DNA from: Octopus vulgaris
Lineage: Eukaryota
Direction: 5' to 3'
Length of the DNA: 64,000 bases
Assembly: GCA_951406725.2 (NCBI GenBank)
Contig: CATOCA020000003.1
Span: 629,710 to 693,709 of the forward strand
Within the stretch, counting starts at the first letter, position 1. Every line of letters begins with the position of its first letter. Position numbers and translations under genes: made by a program. The notes beneath the pieces are model-generated. The model made no database searches. It had not been told where the DNA came from and saw only the letters and a list, made by a program, of their open reading frames with translations. This document shows, piece by piece, positions 27,141 through 39,306 of this stretch.

Positions 27141-30100
27141 TCATCATCATCGTTTAGCGTCCGTTTTCCATGCTAGCATGGGTTGGACGGTTCAACTGGG
27201 GTCTGTGAAGCCGGAAGGCTTCATCAGGCCTAGTCAGATCTGGCAGTGTTTCTACGGCTGGATGCCCTTCCTAACGCCAACCACTCCGTGAGTGTAGTGG
27301 GTGCTTTTTACGTGCCACCGGCACGAGACCAGTCAGGGCGGCGCTGGCAACGGTCACGAACGGATGGTTCTCTTACATGCCACCGGCACTGGTAACACAT
27401 CTGCAATTTCCATTCATTGATTTCAATTCAGATCCTCACTTGCCTCAACAGGTCTTCACAAGTAGAGTTTTGTGTCCCAAGAAGGGTAGGTATACATATG
27501 TAGGCTGGCTCCATCCCATGTAGAAGGCCACGGGTTATGGTCTCACTTGTCCTGCCGGGTCTTCTCGCGCACAGCACACTTCCAGAGGTCTCGGTCTCTA
27601 GTCATTTCCTCAGTGAGACCTAAAGTTCGAAGGTTGTGCTTCACCACCTCGTCCCAGGTTTTCCTGGGTTTGCCTCTTCCACAGGTTCCCTCAACTGCTA
27701 GGGTGTGGCACTTTTTCACACAACTATCTTCATCCATTCTCGCCACATGCCCATACCAGTGCAAACGTCTCTCTTGCACACCACAACTGATGCTTCTTAG
27801 GTCCAACTTTTCTCTCAAGGTACTTACACTCTGCCGAGTATGAGTACTGACATTACACATCCATCGGAGCATACTGGCTTCATTTCTTGCGAGCTTACGC
27901 ATATCCTCAGCAGTCACAGCCCATGTTTCACTGCCATGTAGCATGGCTGTTCGTACACACGCATCATATAGTCTGCCTTTTACTCTGTGCGAGAGGCCTT
28001 TTGTCACCAGCAGAGGTAAGAGCTCTCTGAACTTTGCCCAAGCTATTCTTACTCTAACAGTTACACTTTCAACACACCCGCCCCCGCTGCTGACTTAGTC
28101 ACCTAGGTAACGGAAACTATCAACTATTTCTAGTTTTTCTCCCTGGAAAGTGACGGAAGTTGGTCTCAGAGCATTTTCAGTGTTTATTGTTCCTGAGCAT
28201 CTGCCACATACAAAAACCATCTTCCTAGTTAGCCTTCCTTTGACATTGCTGCACCTCTTATGTGTCCATAGCTTACACTTGGTGCATCTTATAGAGTTTC
28301 TACCTACACCTTTTCTACAGATCGAGCAGGGCCTTCTACCTGAAGGCGTTTGTGGTTTGTCTACCTTCCTACTGATTACGACTTTGGTTTTAGCTAGATT
28401 GACTCTAAGGCCCTTCAATTCTAATCCTTGTTTCCACACCTGAAACTTCTCCTCCAGTTCTGATAGTGACTCAGCAATTAGAGCAAAGTCATCAGCATAG
28501 AGGAGCTCCCAAGGGCATCCTGTCTTGAATTCCTCCATTATTGCCTGGAGGACTATGATAAATAGGAGGGGGCTGAGGACTGAGCCTTGGTGGACCCCTA
28601 CCTCTATCCGGAATTCTTCACTGTACTCATTGCCAACCCTCACCTTACTAGCAGCGTCCCTGTACATGGCCCGCACAGCTCTCACTAACCATTCATCTAT
28701 CCCTAGTTTCCTCATTGACCACCAGATAAGGGATTGGGGGAGCCTGTCAAAGGCTTTCTCCATATCAACAAAAGCCAGGTACAGGGGCTTATCTTTGGCT
28801 AGGTATTTCTCCTGCAGCTGTCTTACCAGGAATATAGCATCAGTGGTACTTTTCCCTGGCACAAACCCAAACTGCATCTCATCTAAGCTAACTCTCTCTC
28901 TAATTAGTTGGGCTATGACCCTCTCCGTAACCTTCATCACCTGATCCAACAGCTTGATACCTCCGTAATTATTTGTATCTAGGGTGTCACCTTTACCTTT
29001 GTAGCAGTTGACTATTATGCTGCTACACCAGTCATTGGGTGTGACTCCTTTGTGTATCACCTGATTAACTATACGGGTGACTAGGCTATAGCTAACACTA
29101 CCAGACATTTTGAGCATCTCTGCAGTGATTCCTGATGGGCCTGGGGCTTTCCCTGTCTTCATGCTTCTAATTGCCTTAACTACCAAGGAACTATCAACTC
29201 GGATAGCTGGTCCCTCTGTTGGGTCAACATTCGGCAGACTCTCTTTATCCCATTCATTTTCTTTATTCAGCAACCTTTCATAGTGGCGTCTCCAAACCTC
29301 TCTCTTTGCATCCTCATTTAGCGCAAGTGACCCATCTTCCATGCGAACACACTTCTCTCCTACCACATCACGATTCTCTCTCACACACTGTCTTGCAACG
29401 CGAAACACCTCCAGTCTTTGGTCCTCACGGCGCAGAACATTGGCAAATTTTTTCTTATCTGCTTCCCCTCTGGCTAAATAAACCTGTCTCCTAGCTTCTC
29501 TTTTGGCAGTCTGATACAATTCCCTGCTACCCCCATTTTTCCAGACCTTCCAAGCCTGTCTCTTTTCTCTAATAGCCCTGTCTACAATATTGTTCCACCA
29601 CCACGTTATTCTAGGTCGAGAGGGGACTTTGCACCAGCCACAGATCTGGTCAGTGGCTCTCAGCAGGTTGTCCCTAAGAAACGTCCAGTTGTCTTCTACC
29701 CCCTGTGATGCTCTATCCCCTTCTACTTCGTCAAAGGCTTCAAGTAATATGTCCCTAAATCTCTGTCCATTTGCAGGATCTTTAAGCTTCCAGATCCTTC
29801 TTCTCCATATTGGTCGTCTTCTGGTTGTCCTCCTAGTCCTGATCCTAAAGTCACTGGCTACAAGTCTATGTTGTGGGGTACATTCTTCGCCTGGAAAGGT
29901 TTTGGCATTTATAAGCAGCCATCTCTCCCTTTGCCTGGCAAAGATGTAGTCAATTTGGCTGGTATGTTGGCCCGATCGGTAGGTGACTAGGTGGCTGGTA
30001 GGTTTCCTGAAGTTAGTGTTGCAAATCATAAGATTATTTGCATCGCAGAACTCCAGCAGCCTGGTTCCCTCCTCGTTGCGGGAGCCATAGCCATAGCCTC

Positions 30101-31400
30101 CATGTACGCCATGGAAGCCCCCAGCATGTCGTCCAACGTGACCATTGAAGTCACCAGCCACAAAGAGAAGGTCTCTGTCATTCGTCAACAAGGTAGTCTG
30201 CAGTAGAGTGTCATAGAAAACAGTCTTTCTGTCCATCGGGTAGCCCTGACTGAGGCTGATATAATGGTTGCTAAGCTATGATGAAGCACTAATCTAATCT
30301 TAAGTATTCTGTCACATACTCTGATTACCTCAATTACTTTATCTACCCATTTCTCAGCGATAAGTATACCCACGCCACCAACCCCGTCAGTGTTCCCTGC
30401 CCAGAAAATCTTGTACCTGCATTCCCTGCCTGTGAGGAACCTAGCAGATCCTCCTCTCCACCTTATTTCTTGCATGCAACATATATCCACACATCTCCGT
30501 TCAAGCATCTCGACTATCTCACCAGACCTACTTATCAGTGTGCCAACGTTGAGGGTGCCAACCCTGAGGGTGTGGGAGGCATGGGCTCTAGAGACCATGG
30601 GACGGTGGACAGTAGCTTCGTGTACCTGAAAAGAAAGCTCGCATTTGGCAGAATTCATGTGCAAGTAATAAAGTAGCCTTCAGTACAACCTGCATAACAC
30701 TAGCCTTTCATATTTTGCACTGCATGAACATTACCTTACATAGGTCGTGACTAGGGGTAGGGATGGTGAAAGAGCATTTGCAGTCTTCATGGGAAGCAAC
30801 CCCGAGATGGCAAAGAATAGGAACTTCCGGCATGTGTGGAGGGGGTGGGAGGACGGGTGCACCGTAACTTAGAAAGAGATTCTGTTAATCATGTGAGCTA
30901 GAAAATAGGTTTGAAAAATCAGAGGGAATGAGAATTTTTATGGGAAAAATAAGTGGTTATGAACCGGGAGACAAGACTAAACGAAAAAAAATGTTTGAGC
31001 TAGACAGGGTAATGAGGGAATACTGAAAGAATGAGGAACAATACAATGAGATAGTAATCGAAGAATAGTGAAAGAATAATGATGATACGTGCAAGGATAG
31101 AAGGTAGTTGAAGCGAGGCTGAATCACTTAGCTTTAGCCATTCATGATATGTGCGTATTTCTTCTTTAGATATTTGGAAGCGAGTGGGGTTAACGATAAT
31201 GCGATCACTCTTTTATATATGGTGATGATGGTTATGGAAAGGGGGGGGGAACATAGAGAAACATAGGGAGAGAGATAGGGTTAGTTAGAGAGGGGTGGAG
31301 AGAGGTGGTTGAGGAACACGTGGGAATAAAGCGGTGTGAGGAAATTTGACTAGCATAGTTGAAAGGGGACGGCATTGTCGATAATAATCATTATTTGATA
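27141..31400 (-). mobile_element. RTE LINE, best-preserved copy
   Basis: Endonuclease-RT reading frame broken only by a frameshift near 30250 and a stop at 28095; (GAT)n tail at 27141-27152; 5' UTR boundary approximate. Confidence 0.95.
27543..30664 (-). pseudogene. RTE ORF (APE endonuclease, RT with inserted PHD finger)
   Basis: ORFs 30185-30664, 28095-30236 (713 aa) and 27543-28007 are colinear parts of one protein. Confidence 0.9.
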
Positions 31401-31657
31401 ACTAATATAGACTTGGGGCAAAACAGGTAAAATCTGAGTTCGTCAGGCAACATACAAAAGTAAAAATAGCAATTGGTATAAAATTGCATCAATGATTTGA
31501 ACTTGAATAAGTGGTTTCACATGAATGGGAATAAATTAAAAATATAATTAGCGTGCAGAAATGGAATAGTCCAGATGGATAATAAAAAATTAAATTAAAA
31601 AAAAGACTATTGTCTATAAAGTATACATGAAGTATATATATGTATGTATATATGTAT

Positions 31658-31693
<36 letters not shown>

Positions 31694-31697
<4 letters not shown>

Positions 31698-31985
31698 ATA
31701 TATCTATAATATAAATTGGACATAGGCAATCGTTGTATTCTTTCTTGTCTTGAGGTTCACAGCCAAACGGCTGAGTGGATTTGGGTGAAAAATGGCACAC
31801 ATTTGGAGACGGGTGCATACATTGGAATGTGGTTTGTATTTTTAACCTAGCCCCCATACTTACCGAGAAAATTGATTAAAACTTTTTCTAATGGAATTCC
31901 CGTTTGTTCCACAATTAAAACAACCAGTTGCTCACACAGCTGGCATATACCATTTCGATAGCAACAAGGCGAGTACAGGATGACA
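31694..31985 (+). mobile_element. Possible non-autonomous Helitron-like element
   Basis: TCTATATATCTATAATATAAA start and acagccaaacggctg..gatttgggtgaaa motif. Confidence 0.35.
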
Positions 31986-32270
31986 GTCAGCCAAAACATT
32001 CATTATGCTGTATCTCTTCTTCTCTCTCATATACACATGCTTAAGCATGCATGCACACAAACATGCGTGCGCGCACACACACACACACAAACACACACAC
32101 ACGTCCATTTCATATATCTTCTTTCAGTTTCTGTTCTCTGCAAATAAAATTTTTTACGAATACAGCTGTTTACAAAAATTGGGATTAATGTATAATTTCT
32201 TTCCATGTTCATAATTAAATCAATGTTTTAATGATTTTAATGATTTCACAGAGGTCCAATACAATAGTTC

Positions 32271-32915
32271 TCAGAATTTGGCATTGTCTGCGATACCTGA
32301 GTTCTGGTGGATCAAGTATTTGGAGGCCATAGGTTTGGCATAGTACGAATGAAGGATTCAGGTTTTATTATTCTCAGTTTCTAGCCAGAGTTCAATATTT
32401 TGATGGCAGACCTCGTCAGAATAATGCAAAATGTGTCCCGCATGTGTGAGCCTACAGAGTTAAAGAGACACATACAACATTTCGTTCACCGCATGCAGTT
32501 CTCAGGTTACAGCCATAAAGAAAGGATCAGAGTATACAAAGGAGCTATGAAGAAATTTAATACTATCTTATGTAATGATAGCAATGGGATTGAAAAGACA
32601 AAGAAGAAAATAGGGAAAGCCAACTCTTGGTATGATAGCCACAAATACCAGAGTGTCATGTTCGTCGACACCACCCCTAGAGGTGAACTGGCGTACCGCT
32701 TTAAAAGGACTCTAGATAAATTTAAGCTAAGGATTAAGGTTGTTGAAAAGCCAGGCAACCCTATCAAATCCATAATCGGTAGAACCTACCCTTTTAGTAG
32801 AACCCCCTGTATGGATAGGTACTGTACTGTGTGTAGATTTAGCCCACAAACAAACTGTAAAGCCAGAAATGTAGTCTATAGTATAAGATGTATAGAGGGA
32901 CGATGCAGAGCATAA
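32271..32915 (+). mobile_element. Second Naiad-like Penelope fragment with inverted 5' segment
   Basis: 32390-32910 matches 2183-2725; CMDRYCTVC...CKARNVVYSIRC; 32271-32391 is the reverse complement of 2067-2184. Confidence 0.88.
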
Positions 32916-33078
32916 CATGGAAAAAATAGATAAATAATTACCAGGGTAGCAAAAAATTACACAAAGAGGTTTTAACTCCTTGTTTTTAAAAGTAGAAACT
33001 TCGGGTTTATGTGGAATTTTTTGTATAATATATAAATAAATAAATGGTGTTTAACGCAGGTATAAATCAAATACTTTT

Positions 33079-33163
33079 ACTTTCAACACGTTTCAAAGAT
33101 TTCACTGATATTATTCAAATGAATAAATGGTATAAAACAACGCAATCTTCTCTTCAGGGAAGT
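33079..33163 (-). ncRNA. Type I hammerhead motif with long stem II, CpG-decayed
   Basis: CTTCC-CTGAAGA-GAAGATT...AATCTTT-GAAA-CGTGT-T-GAAAG. Confidence 0.65.
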
Positions 33164-33659
33164 GAAAAAACGAAACTCGTCAATAAGACATTTAACAGAA
33201 AATGATGGATATGTATAGTGATTTACTGAACGCTATTAATATTGTTTGAAAAACATTATATGATCTAATGTCAGAAGTAACCTATAGAAAGAGGAGGGAT
33301 ATTTATAGTGAATATTAAATATAAAGGAAATTAATGTTTAAATTATACATAATGATAGGGGTTACTTATATGAACTAAAGGTGTGTTTTTGCCAATGTTT
33401 ACATCGGTATGCACACTCTATAACCGTGTTTACTAGGGGATTTTTAGAAAAAATAATGATAAATAGTTCAGAATTACAGAAAAGATAGAATTCCTTGCCT
33501 TTGTCATAAGGTATCGAGATTGAGAGAATCAACCATTCTAAATTAAATTATTCATTGTGGTCTTTTAGATCCCAAATTAATTTACTGAGTCCAGTACTGT
33601 TACATTTATTCCTATCCCTTCAAAAGTAAAAGTATTTGATTTATACCTGTGTTAAAATC

Positions 33660-33664
<5 letters not shown>

Positions 33665-33706
<42 letters not shown>

Positions 33707-34345
33707 GCCTGTGGGGTTGGCTTTGTTTCGGGCGTATGTCGGTGCATATGTGTGTGCCTGTGGATTCGCATGCGCCCACACCGGAAGAGTTTTTTTCCAT
33801 CAGTCTTTCAGTTGTGAAGTGTGTCCTTGCATACATATATATACACACATATAAACATATAAACACATATATAAACCCCTACATTTGTACACAAATGCAC
33901 ATACATACATACATTCACTCCCACGCACGTAATCACATACGCACATTTACATATATATACAATACACGCACACACACATACACACATACAAACACACACA
34001 TACAAACACACACTAATTCACATACACACCAACACATATACATACACACAACATATACCTACACGCACATGCACACATACACATACGTACACACATATAA
34101 GCACAGACGTTAAGCACAGTTACTCGCCACACACCCAAACTCCACGCATACACACAAAAAAACGCACACGTATACACACACATACTACAAACAAAACACA
34201 CACACGATACATATACATGCATGCACACACACACCTCCCTGTTTTTGACCTGCTAGTGTACCCACACACCACTCCTTTATTCTACTTCTAGCCTGCTACT
34301 GTGTTGCTCGCCATACACACACACACACTCACACACACACACTTG
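33665..34345. repeat. CA/TA-rich low-complexity tract
   Basis: Direct inspection. Confidence 0.85.
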
Positions 34346-34499
34346 TCATCTTCGCACACCTTCTTTACCATTCCATCTTTGATATAGCTCTTCTGTTTTT
34401 TAAAAACATTTTCTTCTACCCTGACCACTTCCGTCTTTTAGTATGTGACCTCGTCTGTATCACTAGCGATTTTTTTTCCTCTGTCTTCCCTTCTCCTAT

Positions 34500-34534
34500 G
34501 TTTCCGACGAAGAGCTCCGCTCGAAACGTCAAAC
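34500..34534 (+). ncRNA. Minimal type I hammerhead motif (paralog of 26117)
   Basis: GTTT-CCGACGA-A-GAGC-TCC-GCTC-GAAA-CGTC-AAAC; GUC site; U4 changed to C. Confidence 0.7.
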
Positions 34535-34624
34535 CCTCCTTCTTCCCTTCTTTCCTGAGTGTCCAATAATACTTTATTTGTTCCACGTCCTTGCGTTGTT
34601 GTTTTTTGGTTTTCTTGTTTGGAT

Positions 34625-34674
<50 letters not shown>

Positions 34675-34848
34675 CAACTTACAAATAAGGGCAAACGAAA
34701 AAATTTCTAATGCCAAATATGCCGAAATTAGACACCCTGTCCATAACCATATAATTTTTCACAATACGCACGCTACTCAAAAAAATATATATATATATCG
34801 GTAGCCACTACACACATTTTTTTTCTCTCCTTGTTTTTTTCTGTGTCC

Positions 34849-34884
34849 CTTTCTGTAGAAGAGTGTAGGCTCGAAACATATAAG
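34849..34884 (+). ncRNA. Degenerate minimal hammerhead motif
   Basis: CTTT-CTGTAGA-A-GAGT-GTAG-GCTC-GAAA-CATA-TAAG. Confidence 0.5.
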
Positions 34885-34999
34885 ATTTTTTCTATTCCTG
34901 AGCGTTATACTAATACATCTGTTTGTTTTCTACACCACCTGTCTTTGTCTTTTGTTTTTTTCGTGAACTCTCCTATATATATATTTATATATATGTATG

Positions 35000-36537
35000 T
35001 ATATATTCATACAAACATAAGATCCCTTTGCTCAATCACATTTTCTCTCTTTCTCCTCTCTTTCATGCTCATTTATTATCATCACTTATTCATTCATTTA
35101 TCTAATTTTGCCACAGATTGGCTGACCGAAAACTCTTAGTTAAAGCTCTAGTTAAGATTTTCAAATGCTCAATTCTATCTCGCTATTATCATAATATTCT
35201 CTAACACCAGCAGCCTTAGTCTCTGCTGTTTCATTAAATTATGTTACACTAAATCCCAAAAATATTTTCTCCCTAATGTTCTCTCTTTGACCAGCCTAAC
35301 TCTGGTGTCTCTCTCTCTCTCTCTCTGTTTCGATAACCACTTGCTTCCCCAACACTTACCCCACCCTATATAAACTAGCTCACTCACATTCCCCTACCTA
35401 ATTTTGATCACCTCACCAAAAGTGTAGAACACCATATGTTCTGATAAGCAATCTTGTTCTTTCAGTCTAGTACATCTAATCCTTTTCCTTCAGTGCAGAT
35501 TGTCATAATTACTTTATTAGTTCATTTTACTATTCTATTTCATTACCTATGTAAACATAGTTTCTCCATGCTGTATGTTTAAAAAAAAAAACACAAACAC
35601 AAACTTAAGATCCCTTTGCTCAATCCATCATCACTTATTCATTCATTTATTGGCTGACCGAAAACTTTTGGTTATAGCTCTAATTAAGATTTTTCAGATG
35701 CTCAATTCTATCTCACTATTCTCATAATATTCTCTAGACACCGGAAGCTTGATTCACTACTGTTTCGCAGCGCACGCACCCTCCCACCCCCACCCCCTGT
35801 ACCGGAGGTTTCTATCCTCTGACCTCTATCGGATGTCTCCCATGAACACTTCTAAAGGCTTAATGCCTCCCACCCATCCCTACTTAGGGTTTACCTCCTA
35901 AATAAGGTAGTGAACATGTAGCACATAAAAATGATGGTATGGTGTATGCAGGTTGAAGACTACTGCACGTACATGAGTTCTGTCAAATGCGAGCTTTTTT
36001 TTCAGGTACATGATGCTGCTGTCCCACATCTCCCATACCCTCAGGGTTGGCACACTGAAAGATAGGTCTGGTGAGATTGTTGAATGGAGACGTAGATTTG
36101 TGCTGCATCCAAGAAGTAAGGTGGAGAGGAGGTTCTGCGAGGTTCCTCACAGGCAAAGAACATAGGTAGATTTTCTGGGCAGGGAACACCGACAGGGTTG
36201 GGGGCGTGGGTATACTTCTTGCAGAGAAATGGGTTGAAAAGTTAATCGAGGTAGTCGGAGTCTGCGATAGAATACTTAAGATTAGATAAGAGATGCATCA
36301 GGGGTTAGCAACCATTATCTCAACCGATGCCCCTCAGCCGGGGCCACCTGATGGACAGAAAAACAGATTTTATGACACCCTCTTGCAGACTACCTCATCA
36401 ACGAATGACAGGGACCTATTCTTTGTGGCTGGTGACTTCAATGGGCATGTTGGACAACATGCAGGGGGCTTCCATGGCATACATGGAGGCTATGGTTTTG
36501 ATTCTTGCAATGAGGAGGGAACCAGGCTGCTGGAGTC
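35000..36537 (+). mobile_element. RTE LINE 5' fragment (5' UTR and endonuclease)
   Basis: FFVAGDFNGHVG, EEGTRLLE then an abrupt break; 5' UTR block duplicated at about 35010-35210 and 35600-35750. Confidence 0.85.
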
Positions 36538-37419
36538 AATAACAAAGAAATAAACATATCACATGTTTATATGAAAATATATATAAGTTTGTGTATTATT
36601 GTTATAATTATTATATAATTATAATGATATGAACTACTGCATTAATCCTCCCTTCTAAACACATCTAATACGTGTGTACCTATGAGTATGTAATAAGTAC
36701 ATATTACCAAATAGTCATTAAGTGTCATGACCTGAACTACATCCCCATCAAATTCCAGACCATGTCATCACGCTTAGCAGGCATGACCAGCATCAAAGGA
36801 TTTTATATACTTTATCGTGGGTTTTATTTGAAAGTTAGTTTATACTTTTCTTTGTTTCTTTATTCTTAGTATTGTACTTTTGTATCAAGTACTTCCTTTC
36901 TGTATCTCTAGCCCAGCAAACCATACCTCATTCAACAGTCATTCTTCATTCATCATCAATGTATTTGAGACACGACTACTACCAACACGATCTAGGTGAA
37001 CCTCTGAGCGAAATGTTACTTATGTAACTTGAAACCGTGTTACGTCACCTGAAGAGGCACTTCTGCACTGCGGGTTGTCTTGACTTAGGTAATATTGTCA
37101 CTGTCCTTAAGAGATATCCAATTCAGATAGAGAAATTTGGGGAGGGGTAACTGCAAGGCACCAAAGGAAATTTTTTATGTAATTATAGTCACATACAAGA
37201 GTAGCACCTCTTGATTTCTTTACAAGACTTTATTGTGCATTCCCATGAATTTTCGTGTTTTCATCCAAAAGGCACACAAAAACCATTCCTCCATGTGATT
37301 GGATTGGAAAATTAAGGTATTTTCTTAACATGAAACCAATGGTAGCCTCAATATAGAAATAAAAAAATTTTAGCCACCAATGCAGTGTTGAGCACACATT
37401 CACATTGTCTGACATTTAC

Positions 37420-37458
<39 letters not shown>

Positions 37459-37461
<3 letters not shown>

Positions 37462-38785
37462 TAGTAGAGATACCCAGCGTTGCCAGTGTTACAAGCAATT
37501 GAAGAATTAGACTTTTCTGTTATATTTTCTGTAATGAACTGGAATATCTATGTTTCGAATTTCATCAAAATTGCAGATGAGGGTTATTTCCCTCGTTACA
37601 CACCCTAAAAAAATTGTAATCGTGCCAAATGTATCCCATACTACTGATTTTTATGTGCATATTTTAAAATTCCAGTCTTATTGAACCTGTTAAAAAGATT
37701 TTGCTCCTGAATAATGAAGGTCATGGAACTCTAAAATGTGAGAGTGAAGGCCTCTGTTTGGGGTGGACATCTTAATGTCAACCAGAGAAATTGAATTGTT
37801 AAGAATCTTTTTAACTTGGGTCTTATATCTATTGTTTCAATTTCTTTGAAATAGGAAATATATGTTCATTGGGTTTGTAAAAGAGAGCAAAGCTACAGGA
37901 AACCAAAAGACAAATGATCACAGAAGCAGTCAGCTACCCTACCCTAGTCATTACCACTCCCAATGTAGGATTCCTCACCATCCAGGTGACAGGCACAGCC
38001 GTAAGATGCATTATGAATCTATAGTAATTGGAAGAGCTTGACCCAACTGAAATAAACATAAACAACTGTGTGATGTGAGGGCTAAAGAGAAATGAAAGTG
38101 TCACCTCTGGAGTTTGCAAATGACCACTATACAGATACGTAACTGGACAGAATAAATTTACAATCTATAAATGTCTTTGAATAACCAGTCACTCATCTGG
38201 GAAGGCCTCGAAATCAATGTTACCATCTGAGGACTACGCGTGACCCAGTGATGATAAAAAGACTGAAGGGAGGTCTGCAATCAAATAACTTTACTCAACA
38301 CTTTGCAACTGAATCAGTGGAGGCAAAGATGCCTCTCATTTACTTGACAATTTATGCACCACATTGCAGAAATCACAATGTAAGTGTATGTCAAAGCAAA
38401 CTGTTACACTGTTGTACCACTGAATTACAAATAATGCTCATCTTTTATGCTTGGGTAACCCTACAGCTCCCAAGAGCACAACTGTATTCGTTTTTGCTTA
38501 GATAAAATGACAAAATTGTGGGGGTTAAGTCATCATGGAGGGGTCTTTCTAACTTGTAAGAAGATGAAATTTTATAAATATTACTTCATTTGTGTCTAAT
38601 ATCTATGGTTAAAATTTCATCAACAGCAAAAATATATGAATTGTCATGGGGGTTATGGCCCTTATACATAGAATATAATTTCCAAATTTCATAAAGATCC
38701 ATTCAGTACTTTTGACCTAGTTTTGGATCATAAAAGAAATGACTAAAATTTGGGAGTTAAGGCCCCCATTAGGGTGTTTATATAT
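37459..38785 (-). mobile_element. Non-autonomous Helitron-like element with unexplained internal segment
   Basis: actagtagagatacccagcgttgcc resembles the Helitron 3' end at 61130; aatatctatg..aatttcatcaa subterminal motif at both ends. Confidence 0.5.
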
Positions 38786-38805
38786 ATATATATATATATA
38801 TATAT

Positions 38806-39285
38806 TATGCTATTAAATGCCTTCCATCAGGCCCTTACTCTCCGTGAGATCTCCTTTTTGATATCTCGGCACATATTCACTACCTGTCCCAGGTAGACAT
38901 ATTCCTTTACCTCTTCTATTTCATCACTGCCGATCACCATTTGAGACATTGCCTAGTGCTTTTTTTTTTGATAATCCTGGTACTTCTTGGGAAACTAGGG
39001 GATGTAAATGAATGAACACCAGAGTATACACGCAGCAAGTTTAGATGGGCTGGACACGTCACCCGGCTCACCAATAATCAGTAGACCCATGCAGTTGTTG
39101 AGTGGCACCCGCGCAAGCGGAAACGACCACCCAGAAGGCCTCCAGAATGGTGGAGTTACGATTTCAGGAGGACGATTGGGATCATGTGGATGAGAAAGGT
39201 GCGATCCAGAGAGGAGTGGACAGCGTGGTGTGACCAGCAGTGTCAAATGGACACCCAACGGACTGGTCGGTCAAGGTGAAGGTGA
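38806..39285 (+). mobile_element. Short RTE fragment of a second family with 5' inversion
   Basis: Plus strand SKFRWAGHVTRL..EWHPRKRKRP with aaggtga tail; minus strand 38806-38960 IEEVKEYVYLGQ..EISRRVRA. Confidence 0.75.
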
Positions 39286-39306
39286 TATATATATATATAT
39301 ATGTAT

